DNA of 63,906 bases, filler included, from Stramenopiles sp. TOSAG23-2 (taxonomy: Eukaryota), in assembly GCA_900128395.1 (NCBI GenBank). It is 3 parts of 3 records of this genome, joined end to end, with 100 filler letters (N's around TTAATTAATTAA, not from the genome) between each part and the next. Parts side by side here need not be neighbours in the genome. Positions count along the whole stretch, not along the records: positions 22,636 to 45,090 come from LT649512.1; positions 45,191 to 63,906 come from LT649600.1; 1 more part is not named here. One strand, given 5' to 3'. The first letter of the stretch is position 1, and each line of letters begins with the position of its first letter. The notes under the pieces were generated by a model, which searched no databases, was not told where the DNA came from, and saw nothing but the letters and a program-made list of their open reading frames with translations. Made by a program: the position numbers and the translations under genes. Shown piece by piece: positions 42,309 to 52,370 of the stretch.

Positions 42309-44126
42309 TTACCACCATTTACCACTTGGTTTACCACCAACACCTTGTGCTTCGTCATAAATAGCCTCTGCAACAATGCTGGCTAGTAAATCAGCTTCAG
42401 TTTGTGTTGCTGCTTCTGCATATACACGGCAAACATCTTCTGTTCCAGATGGACGAGCAAATGCACGTCCATTTTTCACAGATTTAACTGCACTATCGAT
42501 TTTCTGTTGCAATGCACTTGGCTCTGTTAATCTAGTTTCATCAGAAATAGGTTTTAATAAAGTACGATCAGCAACTTTGACTTTTGTTTGACGACTTGGC
42601 AAATCGGTATATAAAGCATCCCAATCTTCTACACTCATGTCTTGCGTTGTTAAAATAGCTTCAACAAATAAAGCATCGCATATAGCATCCCCAACCGCTT
42701 GGTTAAATAATTGCGATGCATAATATAAATTTGTATATGCTTCTTTTTGAACTTTAGGCCTTGGTTGTGCCATTCTTTTTTTAAATTGATCCATAGTTTT
42801 CTCACTAAATAAAACGGTTCCATGCCCATTTGCTTCAAAATAAACACCAATATCATAATCCAATGCTTTGTGATGTAAATATTTTACACCAGTTTTTGCA
42901 TATGGTGCTTCGATATCATCCTGTTTTACTACCATTGATGCAGCTCCATTTGCATATGCAGTTTGTACAATGCCCAAGCGTACGTCGCCTTTTTTATATC
43001 CTGCCAATTTTAATTGTTTATTGATCCATCGTGCAGTCAATACAGCAATTTTATCACCATCTAATAAACGAAAAGCACCAGTTTTATCAAAATAGAAAAA
43101 AACTACACGATCTGCATCACCATCGTAACTAGCAAAACGGATTCCTTTGTCATTTTCACCACTGCAACTTAATGGCGGCAATCTTTTCTTTTGGCAATGC
43201 TCTGCACCACATTTACTATTTAATAGTTCCAAATTACCATTGTTTCTTAATTCAACATTTAAATATCCTTTTAACTTTGGGATCAAAGGTTCCATCCTTG
43301 GGCCACCAACGCCATTTGCACAATCAATTACTAATGAACCGCGTTTTTCACTCGTACCATTCATATCTTTCACATTTCTTAATAAACCTTTGAAATAATA
43401 TTCAACTTTTGCATAAAATCCATCCAATCCATCCCATTTATCAGCACGATTGTTGTTGTAAACACAATGATGCAATTGCGGAGTGGTTACAATACCAATG
43501 TGTTCAACTACGGCGCCTAAACATTCTGCCCCAACTTTACAACATTCTGCTAAGCGTACACTATGTGCCCGTGTATCCATTCCTAAATAAATTTTCGCAT
43601 TTCTTTCTTTTGGAAATTGACGAAATATATAAGGCATTTTTTCCTTTGCAATAATATCGATCAAAACATCATATACATCTTTTGCTTTTGCATTTGCTAG
43701 TTGTGTTGCATAACCTTCCCATGATGCTGTTAACATACCACCATCGCAATCGGTTAATTTCAAACCATTATCTACCGGTCCATTATGTGAAGCAGTTACC
43801 ATTATGCCAACAGGAACTCCAGTTTTTAAACTTCTTAAAGTTGCTAACATTCCCATACGCAAACATGTTGAGTCCAACAATGCTTCATTCATTCTGAAAC
43901 CAGCTGTACCATATCTAAATACAGTGCCAGCTGGTCTTGGATATTCACCAGCAACTTTAGAAACGCTTTCTTTCGTTGCTGATGGCGTTACTGTACTGCT
44001 ACTAAATGAAGAAGATGATGAAGACGATGATGAGGAAGATAATAAATTTGATAAAGTATATCCTAATACAAGTCCAGATGCTACTGCAATAGATACTTTT
44101 GAATCATCCCATTGTATTGACGACAT
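42309..44126 (-). CDS. PGM3: Phosphoacetylglucosamine mutase
   Basis: YGTAGFR, catalytic MVTASHN, DNGLK, TTPQLH, DCANGVG, metal loop DGDADR, GIVQTAYANG, GVYFEANGHGT and RPSGTEDVCRVYAEA. Confidence 0.96.
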   Translation of the reverse strand: MSSIQWDDSKVSIAVASGLVLGYTLSNLLSSSSSSSSSSSFSSSTVTPSATKESVSKVAGEYPRPAGTVFRYGTAGFRMNEALLDSTCLRMGMLATLRSLKTGVPVGIMVTASHNGPVDNGLKLTDCDGGMLTASWEGYATQLANAKAKDVYDVLIDIIAKEKMPYIFRQFPKERNAKIYLGMDTRAHSVRLAECCKVGAECLGAVVEHIGIVTTPQLHHCVYNNNRADKWDGLDGFYAKVEYYFKGLLRNVKDMNGTSEKRGSLVIDCANGVGGPRMEPLIPKLKGYLNVELRNNGNLELLNSKCGAEHCQKKRLPPLSCSGENDKGIRFASYDGDADRVVFFYFDKTGAFRLLDGDKIAVLTARWINKQLKLAGYKKGDVRLGIVQTAYANGAASMVVKQDDIEAPYAKTGVKYLHHKALDYDIGVYFEANGHGTVLFSEKTMDQFKKRMAQPRPKVQKEAYTNLYYASQLFNQAVGDAICDALFVEAILTTQDMSVEDWDALYTDLPSRQTKVKVADRTLLKPISDETRLTEPSALQQKIDSAVKSVKNGRAFARPSGTEDVCRVYAEAATQTEADLLASIVAEAIYDEAQGVGGKPSGKWW

Positions 44127-45090
44127 TGTGTTGTTATTGTTGGATTATTATTTTATTAAATATATTTTTTTTTGTTCAATACTTCTATTACATAGACACG
44201 CGTATTTGCATTTGATCTTTTTATATTAGAAAATGAATATTTATTAATTTTGGATATCCATATATATATCTAATAACAATTCCTTTCTTCATTTTTTTTA
44301 ATACATAATAAATAGGCTTATTATTATTTTTTGTATGCTAATCACCTGCTTTATAATGTGTGGGAAATTTTTGTGGTGTTTTTCGGCTTTTGTGGTATAG
44401 AAGCTAGCTGGGCTAGCTGCTTGCTAGTTAAGTCTAGCAATACTATATAGGTAAATTTATACTTGAAGAGAAATTAGACATTCAGCATTGGCCAGAAATA
44501 TTCAGAGGTGCAGAGCACCATTACCATTTTAATTTTTAATTTGCATTGAGCATTTGTAATGTATAGCATTGTATAGCATTGTACATTGTAGGGCTGAATA
44601 CATTATAATATAGGAATATTATAATTAGAGAGGATCCGAGAGAGTGGAAATGCAATCTCCAATAGCATGCAATAGCACTAGCGGTTCTAACTAGCATTTT
44701 GTTCCAGGGTTGGCCCAAGCAGGCACAAACAGTTTTCCTGAAATTCCAATTTAGTATGGGAATAGCAGTAAAACGTTATAATTTCCTAAAAGTAGTAAAT
44801 TTACACACATATATATACATTGACATAACATATATATTTATACATCTACATATATGTATATTTCCAGAACTTTGAAGTGTTGTACAGGAAGAACCAATTA
44901 AAACGCCAGGTTCCCACTTAATATATTGTTTTTTAAATTATCTCAAAAATATAATCATTTCAGTGGGAACTTGGCGTTCTCATGTTGACATACGTTTCAC
45001 ACATATTTTATGTTCATATCTTTTTACAATTTCTTTGAAAAACTTACCCATAGTAAACGTTAACTAAATGGAAAATATCACATAAAACAC

Positions 45091-45190
45091 NNNNNNNNNN
45101 NNNNNNNNNNNNNNNNNNNNNNNNNNNNNNNNNNTTAATTAATTAANNNNNNNNNNNNNNNNNNNNNNNNNNNNNNNNNNNNNNNNNNNN
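45091..45190. other. Artificial contig-joining linker
   Basis: Same N44-TTAATTAATTAA-N44 structure as the first linker. Confidence 0.97.
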
Positions 45191-45882
45191 CTTCTTTATT
45201 ATATCCAGACTATTTGTTAAAGTAATTTATTAAATACACGTATAATAAAGTATTGCAACTATTTTAAAACTTTTAACTGTTATAGACGACTAGCACACTA
45301 AGCTGATGGAAAGCTGGAAAGACACAGATATTAGAGTCCCGAGAAAAAAAATGGATTTTAATTGGCTTCCTACGCCGTGTTCCCGAGAAAATACACACCA
45401 ACTTAACGTTATACAGGGGCTTAACAGTAGACCGTAGTACGTGCCTGCTAATTATACCAAATTTCAAGACTCCTAAAATAGGTCGCCTTAGCCTTTTTGA
45501 TAGGCTCTTTCTATACTCAATCGTCTCCGAAACCTAAGGTGAATAGCACTACAACAAATAGCTCGCAACAGAAAAGGAAAATTATCCGCATTGATTTTTA
45601 GAAAGGGATATTTCTATAATATGTATTAAAATTTGGATTCCGCCTCGATTTTTAGAATACTATTTAATCCTAATAGGTATGTTTTTATAAAAATAATCAT
45701 AATATGGATAAGAGAAAAATTATGGTTTTTTAAACCCCTCTATTTTTCATACTGTTATCGCCATATAGTTTCCCTTGAAAACGAGCAAAATAGATTTCGA
45801 CGATTTCAAAGATTCAAAAATAATAAAGATTTTGACAAATTTCTCAACACGTATAGACTACCTAACTCGCATAGGGTGATCG

Positions 45883-46018
45883 AAACCTATTTTTTTCGAT
45901 AGGTAATAAACCTATTTTTTTTTATAGGTAATAAACCTATTTTTTTCGGTAGTTAGTAAATCTTTTTTTTTTCGGTAGGTAATTATTATAAACCTATTGT
46001 TTTTCGATAGGCAATAAA
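45883..46018. repeat. Array of about five ~25-bp mini-hairpin units (aaacctat-Tn-cgataggtaat)
   Basis: The best-conserved units have ACCTAT...ATAGGT arms around a T-rich loop; the copies have diverged. Confidence 0.75.
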
Positions 46019-47253
46019 CGTTTGAACTCGTTGAAATTTTAGCTAATGTTGTGAACGGCCTAGCGCGCCCTATGTAAAGTGTACAGGACACACCATAGGC
46101 CATGCCCCAAAGATATTTGTACTTGTTTGTACTCTACCGATCCTATTTAAAATGATCGAGCGATTTTCCGGCCAGATCCTTTTCTGCCGAATCTTATAGG
46201 AATATTCTATTTTTAAATATAATAAAGTAAAATAGTAAAAATTTTTTTACACGCATCTCTCGTATAGTACTCTTGTAAGTATAATTACTTGCGCCTGTTG
46301 AAAAGAAATTAAACATAGTTTACTTTCGACAGGATTTTGTTGTTTGCATGGAGGGGTGATTTGAATAAGGCAAGTATTAAATATTATAATATCAAATTAA
46401 CATAAGGTATTGTCTCGTATAGTACTCTTGTAAGTATAATTACTTGCGCCTGTTGAAAAGAAATTAAACATAGTTTACTTTCGACAGGATTTTGTTGTTT
46501 GCATGGAGGGGTGATTTGAATAAGGCAAGTATTAAATATTATAATATCAAATTAACATAAGGTATTGATTTTTTTATATTTTAAAAGGGGGCCCGTCCTC
46601 TATGAGCATAAAAAAAGATTTTTCACTCGCGGGTAGAACTATTCAATAAATAATGAATAAACCATCAAGTCCATGAATCATTCCAACGCGCGCATCTCTT
46701 TCTCCTTTTTGGATAGATAATTCTGTTCCAGTCGCGCTGGCAATTCTCCCGGCGTTGCGGTGGTCTTTGACCCCTTTGACACCCCTGCGCGAGCATAAAA
46801 AAAGATTTTTCACTCGCGGGTAGAACTATTCAATAAATAATGAATAAACCATCAAGTCCATGAATCATTCCAACGCGCGCATCTCTTTCTCCTTTTTGGA
46901 TAGATAATTCTGTTCCAGTCGCGCTGGCAATTCTCCCGGCGTTGCGGTGGTCTTTGACCCCTTTGACACCCCTGCGCGAGTTGGAAAATCCAAACGGCGT
47001 CTCTGTCACGTGTAGCTGTACGTGATCGCTGGCGGATCCTTTGCGCAAAGATCCAACGCGGACCAGTAGTTGGCTTTTGTGCACATAACACGGTGGTCCG
47101 CGACGCTTTGCTTTGAATATGTCATCTTGGTGGTTTTGTTGAATCGATTGACGTGATGTTGGGTGGTGTACTCTGGTCAGACCGGCAATCTATTTCTTCG
47201 CAATAGTCGTGTAAGAAGGCATACGGGTTTAAAAAATCGATTCTGCACATCAA

Positions 47254-47477
47254 AAGGCGCAAAAGGCTGTTTTGGTCAAAATAGTAAAGCGGGCAGATTT
47301 TTTTCAAGAAGGTGCAAAAGGCGCAAAAGGCTGTTTTGGTCAAAATAGTAACGCGGGCAAATTTTTCTCTAGAAGGACCAGGAGGCGCAAAAGGCTGTTC
47401 TGGTCAAAATAGTAAAGCGGGCAGATTTTTTTCAAGAAGGACCAGAAGGCGCAAAAGGCTCTTCCGATCAAAATAGT
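47254..47477. repeat. 64-bp diverged tandem repeat (3.5 copies), iteron-like, upstream of the TVpol-helicase gene
   Basis: The unit (a/g)aggcgcaaaaggctgtt(t/c)tggtcaaaatagtaa... starts at 47254, 47318, 47382 and 47446, with exact 64-bp spacing. Confidence 0.9.
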
Positions 47478-47652
47478 GTAGAGGTGGGTCTGCCGCAGAA
47501 ACGTGTGCACAAATATGGAATATGCTACGAATAATCTTGGTGACAATGCAGTATCGATGGTCCACTGAGAAATGAGCAACCGCAAATCCGCCCCCATAAA
47601 ATCCATAGGGTCACCAAAATTTGAGTATAAAGGTTACCCCAAAATCTACAAG

Positions 47653-50600
47653 ATGAGTGAAAAACGAAAATTATCAGACTCAAATGAATCCTCGAAAAAG
47701 ACAAAACTACCTATTGACCAATTGACCCTTACAAAAGAAAAAAGTATATTTATAGACAAAACGTTTCGTGAGAAGGTAGACAAAGATAGGTTTATCAACT
47801 TGATGCACAGCAAGCAACTGTTAACCAAAATGCCTCCCGGTGCCAGTGGAAAGTGGGTGGAGATGAAGAAAACTCTGGGTCTAGAGAACGAATTCAAACA
47901 GTTCTTTAAATTGTACAAGAACATGACGCAAGAAAATACCATACGCGTTTATTACAATGCTTCCAAACACGGCTGGGGAAGAGTTTCGCCTGTGAAAGGA
48001 TTGTCTCTAGGCCTGGTTCGATGCGAACCTCGTCACACAGTCGCAAAAGACCTGTATAACGACATTGATATGAAAAATTGTTTTCCATCGGTCTTGCACC
48101 AATTGTGCCTTCGCCACAAGATTGATTGTCCCAAACTGTCGAAATATGTTGCACAACGCGAAGAGTGGTTAAAGCGACTTCAGAATACGCACAATAACAC
48201 GGAAAAAGTGGACGAGCATGGTAACCTACAACCGTGTGAAGAATCCATCTCGCGTGAGGAGGCAAAGAAACTTGTGTTGGAGATTTTACATGGTAAATCA
48301 TATTCCAATTGGAAAAAAGGTTCAATCAAAAAGAAAGATGGCAAATGGGTAAACCCTGTTACAGGAGAAGAGAATACACGATTCAACCCTAAAACGGGCG
48401 ATCTGGACCAAGAAACGATGGCATATGAAAAAGAGATTAAAGGCATTATTAAAGTGATAAAAGAAGCAAACCCTTCAATGTACAAAGAAGTGACAAAAGA
48501 CAAGGCATACAACAAAGATGGTACATTTATGTCCATCTATTTGCAAGAATGGGAGCGTCGGTTACTAGAATGTGCATATACCTTTTTCAAAGAGAAAGAG
48601 ATTATCGACGAATCGAACAACTGTGTCTTATGTTTCGATGGAATCATGGTTTCCAAAGACGCGGTAGAAGATATTCAGGCGTTGTTGATTGATTTGCAGC
48701 AATATATAAAAAATAACTCTGGGTTTGATATAACATTTGATGAGAAACCTATGGATAAAGGCTACGAGCATATTGAAAAAGCCAGACTGCGAAAATTGGA
48801 TATATTCGATTCGAAGTACATGCAATCGTTGGAGAGTTACTATCGAAAGAAGCAATATATCGAAACCTTTGTTGTCAAAATACAACGACCATATCCAAGA
48901 TATGTCTATACCCAACGAGAGTATATCAAAGACAAGTACGGGCTTCGAAGCGTCTTTAAAGTCACGACGTGGACGGAGCATGAGTTGAAATCGCTGTTGG
49001 CTGGTGTCACGTATGAAAAGAAAACTGGCAAAGATACAGAAACAAGGGGGTTTAGCTCGAGATGGCTTACCGATATCGACATCAAAACCGCCAATCGCCT
49101 GGTAAACCAACCATACAATGGTATCCTTGACCCCTCGAAACAAAAAACCAACGTTGGAGGCGAAGTGGTGTTTAACGTATTCCAAGGATACAATCCTTTG
49201 ATTCAAACGGATTGGAAGAAGACGCCTGAATTTTGTAAAGCGAAAGGTCAGAAACAGCCAACTCTGAAAGACATGGTCTCCCCGTTCCTCCGTCTAATGC
49301 GCGTATTGGCCGAAGGCGACAACCCAGACGAAGCAATGCGCGAGAGATGCTTTATCTTTCTAAGAAATTTGATTGCATGCAAGATTCAATTCCCCCAGCG
49401 GAAACTAGGAATATGCATTATTATGGAATCGTTACAAGGCGTTGGTAAAAATGTGTTCTGGGACGCCGGTGGAAGAATCCTAGGGTCTGAACAATACCTC
49501 TGCACCTCACAAGCAGACGACGTGCTGGGCAAGCACGCAGAAGCTGTAGGAAAGCTCTTAATTGCCATGAACGAATGCCAAGTGGGAGGCAACAAAGCAT
49601 ACGAAGGTTTATTAAAGTCGCGAATTACAGAAACACAGCTTCGAGTAAACCCGAAACATACGAGACCATTTGATGTGGAGGATTATGCGATGATTGTTGC
49701 GTTAACCAACAAGTCTAACCCTTTGCCGGTAGACATTTCCAGCATGGACAGACGATTTATCAGCTGGGAATGCGGTACAGAATACCGGAAAAAATCTTCG
49801 AACTGGTGGCAGGGATTCGTAGATTACCTCCACACCCCTGAATTTATTTCGGCTGCCTATGAATACTTTAATTCTGTTAATATCGCAGGATATGACTTTA
49901 AAGCCGAACGAAAAAAAGTTTTAACAAAGAGTTACCAACGATTGGCGGCCGTGAATGTTCCATGCGAGGCGCTTGTCCTTGCCGAAGTCTGCAAGCTGTT
50001 CGCCACATCGACCTATCCCGGGGATGGTATCTATTTCGAGATTCGTGGGTTGCTTCAAAAGACATTTGACAAACCGGAGGAACAAACGACGTTCACATGG
50101 TCACTGAACGAGAACGGCACAGTCACAGACATTCATCTGGATGGCATGTTCGAGGTTCAATTGGACAGCGGAGTGCTCATTCAGGCAAAGAAATCACAAC
50201 TAAAAGGTGATGTCGCAGTGGGGAAGAGGATTGAGCTTGTACATTTGACGCTAGAAAATGTAAAACAGTTTTTTGAAGAGTGTGGGATCAACCGAAGCTG
50301 TGAGTTCCTTGAGTATTATCTACATTCTCAAAGGGACAAATCATTCGAAACATGCGCTGAAGCAAAAACCAAGTTGGTTTATCAATGGATTCAAAAGATT
50401 ATGCACAACGAGGTTGAAATAAAAAAGTCGCAAATGTATAAATTCTACTGCTTGAAGATGGAAGAATGGAAATGTGCATTCGAACGAAGTGCGCGTAGAT
50501 TTTATCCCAAGGTACAAGAGCTACGACTGCCTGTGTCTGAGAAGCAAAAGAAAGGAAACGAACACTATTGTTTCCGTTTACACGACGTCTATTCAGAAAT

Positions 50601-50703
50601 GATTGAACGCAGCATGATTTGTCCTGACTTCGCGCTACCAGGTTACGACGAGGCAGAGACATCCGAAGAAGACACTGCACCATTTAATGTCAATGATTTT
50701 TGA
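47653..50703 (+). CDS. TVpol (family A-related primase-polymerase) fused to a superfamily 3 (D5-like) helicase
   Basis: PolA-like motifs: GWGRV...GLSLG...R, motif A DIDMKNCFP, motif B REEAKKLVLEILHG, then LQEWE and motif C CFDGIMV. SF3 motifs: Walker A SLQGVGKN, Walker B IAMNE, motif C ALTN, then DRRF. The start is probably the ATG at 47653; the alternative is 47572. Confidence 0.85.
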   Translation: MSEKRKLSDSNESSKKTKLPIDQLTLTKEKSIFIDKTFREKVDKDRFINLMHSKQLLTKMPPGASGKWVEMKKTLGLENEFKQFFKLYKNMTQENTIRVYYNASKHGWGRVSPVKGLSLGLVRCEPRHTVAKDLYNDIDMKNCFPSVLHQLCLRHKIDCPKLSKYVAQREEWLKRLQNTHNNTEKVDEHGNLQPCEESISREEAKKLVLEILHGKSYSNWKKGSIKKKDGKWVNPVTGEENTRFNPKTGDLDQETMAYEKEIKGIIKVIKEANPSMYKEVTKDKAYNKDGTFMSIYLQEWERRLLECAYTFFKEKEIIDESNNCVLCFDGIMVSKDAVEDIQALLIDLQQYIKNNSGFDITFDEKPMDKGYEHIEKARLRKLDIFDSKYMQSLESYYRKKQYIETFVVKIQRPYPRYVYTQREYIKDKYGLRSVFKVTTWTEHELKSLLAGVTYEKKTGKDTETRGFSSRWLTDIDIKTANRLVNQPYNGILDPSKQKTNVGGEVVFNVFQGYNPLIQTDWKKTPEFCKAKGQKQPTLKDMVSPFLRLMRVLAEGDNPDEAMRERCFIFLRNLIACKIQFPQRKLGICIIMESLQGVGKNVFWDAGGRILGSEQYLCTSQADDVLGKHAEAVGKLLIAMNECQVGGNKAYEGLLKSRITETQLRVNPKHTRPFDVEDYAMIVALTNKSNPLPVDISSMDRRFISWECGTEYRKKSSNWWQGFVDYLHTPEFISAAYEYFNSVNIAGYDFKAERKKVLTKSYQRLAAVNVPCEALVLAEVCKLFATSTYPGDGIYFEIRGLLQKTFDKPEEQTTFTWSLNENGTVTDIHLDGMFEVQLDSGVLIQAKKSQLKGDVAVGKRIELVHLTLENVKQFFEECGINRSCEFLEYYLHSQRDKSFETCAEAKTKLVYQWIQKIMHNEVEIKKSQMYKFYCLKMEEWKCAFERSARRFYPKVQELRLPVSEKQKKGNEHYCFRLHDVYSEMIERSMICPDFALPGYDEAETSEEDTAPFNVNDF

Positions 50704-50763
50704 CTGAAGGTGGAGAAGGCGCAAAAGGGAGTTTGAGATAAATTAGTGATACATTTTTATATT

Positions 50764-51111
50764 TTAACATACACATTGATATTTATAGATACTTGTTACT
50801 CTCTTATTGACTCTTCGCTGGAATTTCTTATATACAAATGGTATTTTGTAGAGGCGGCAGAGTCTTCTTACAAAGCTAGATACCAACCGGCGGTCTTTTG
50901 ACCGCTTGCCTTCCATCTTCTCCAACGTGTTCGCAATTGTTGGGAACAAGGAGATTAAATCGTGTTTGTTCCCCATAATATATGGATGTACCGATTCAAA
51001 CAACTCGTCTCCCAGAATCCACTTGTCTGGTTTAAATCCCGCAAGCGTCAGGATGTTTTTAGCTAGTTTAAGCCTATGTGCAGCAACGGTTGATATCGAA
51101 TCGAGGGTCAT
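50764..51111 (-). CDS. Small basic protein (115 aa), paralog A
   Basis: Shares AGFK, SFVRRL and RVTSxYxY with the adjacent ORF. Confidence 0.75.
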   Translation of the reverse strand: MTLDSISTVAAHRLKLAKNILTLAGFKPDKWILGDELFESVHPYIMGNKHDLISLFPTIANTLEKMEGKRSKDRRLVSSFVRRLCRLYKIPFVYKKFQRRVNKRVTSIYKYQCVC

Positions 51112-51240
51112 TTATGATTTGCAACCCCCTTTAAATACATTTTTTTGGACGACGATTCGAACATCCATTTGGTGACATTCGTTATTTCTATACAATGTCT
51201 CCCAAACACCCTTTTGAGCCTTCTGGGCCTTCTCCCCCCT

Positions 51241-51591
51241 TCACACTTTCACGACCGCGTAGAGGTATTTCGAGGTCACCCTGTTTTTTATCACCACCGA
51301 CTGCCTTTTCATGATGAGCCCGTTCAAGTAATATTGGCTCAAGCGCCGTACAAAGGATATCACATGCCGCTTCGATGCTTGCTGGCACGAGCTTAGCTTT
51401 GCCAGGGGATGCCCCACACGCTTCGTAAAGGTTGCCATGAACTTGGCTCTTTGGCGCCACAACAATGGATACAAGTTGCGCACGATGGCCTCGGCCGATA
51501 CAAAGACGTGGTAGGTTTTGAATCCAGCTTTTCGCATGAGGAATTTTGCCAGGCCCGCGCGTTTGTTTCTCAAGGAGGCTTTCGTTTTCAT
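51241..51591 (-). CDS. Small basic protein (116 aa), paralog B
   Basis: The ATG at 51591 gives nearly the same length as paralog A. Shared motifs are LAKxxxxxAGFK, SFVRRL and RVTSKYLY. Confidence 0.75.
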   Translation of the reverse strand: MKTKASLRNKRAGLAKFLMRKAGFKTYHVFVSAEAIVRNLYPLLWRQRAKFMATFTKRVGHPLAKLSSCQQASKRHVISFVRRLSQYYLNGLIMKRQSVVIKNRVTSKYLYAVVKV

Positions 51592-51806
51592 TGTGCGTAG
51601 AAGGACACCCACGTTTATAGTTGCCCACGCCACTTTGGGTGTCACTCAGGCGATTGCAAAATTTTTGTCCCTATATAATCGATGTCATGCCCCGTACGAT
51701 TCAAGTGCCGAACTGCATGCAATGTCGCAACGCGCCGGCCTAAGTAGGCCTTTTAGGCATTTGGGCATAAAGTTAAAATGAACGCATAATATAACACAAA
51801 AAAATT

Positions 51807-52370
51807 TCAGAAATCAGTATCAAAAATAGAATCATAATCTGAATTGTAAGGAGTGATATTTCCATGGTTTTCTACCGTAGATGAATTGCTAGTGCTATTT
51901 TCCTCTACTTGTTTCCGTATAAGTTCATCCTTTCGTGCAAATGCCGCTTTGTCATTTTTAAACCATCCGGGTTGCATACTTGTATTACAATACGGACATT
52001 TATACCACAAATTTATGTCTTCATCCAGTTTCGTCATTTTGAGAATACAACCACGGCATACCATCTTGTCTCTACCTTTGCACGTGGTACAATGGTTTTC
52101 CGTGCATTTTTCACCACACCATAATGCACAATCGGAAATTAGGAATTCTTCGACATCGTTTTTTAATTGTAGAAATTCATTTCCGTTTATATGTTGCTTG
52201 TGTTTCTTGAAGGATTTCCATATGCTCTCCATCGAACCGTCTTTAAAGCCCGAATTTACTGTTTGAACGACTTTGGCATATTTTCTGTCGCTGATTTTAT
52301 TGCGTAAGTTATAGTAAATACTATTCATGCAAGCTTGTGTAACTTCGGATTTTGATGTAAATTTGACCAT
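51807..52370 (-). CDS. RING-like zinc-finger protein
   Basis: Cys pattern CALWC...CTTC...VCRGCILKM...YKCPYCN, ending in the RING-typical CPxC. Confidence 0.65.
   Translation of the reverse strand: MVKFTSKSEVTQACMNSIYYNLRNKISDRKYAKVVQTVNSGFKDGSMESIWKSFKKHKQHINGNEFLQLKNDVEEFLISDCALWCGEKCTENHCTTCKGRDKMVCRGCILKMTKLDEDINLWYKCPYCNTSMQPGWFKNDKAAFARKDELIRKQVEENSTSNSSTVENHGNITPYNSDYDSIFDTDF

Noticed and set aside
35984-44126. PGM3 plus sugar transporter as a UDP-GlcNAc gene cluster
   Set aside because: They are separated by unrelated genes and the transporter substrate is unknown; proximity is probably coincidental.
47254-47477. Possible CRISPR-like repeat-spacer array beside the replicase
   Set aside because: The whole 64-bp unit repeats, with no unique spacers.
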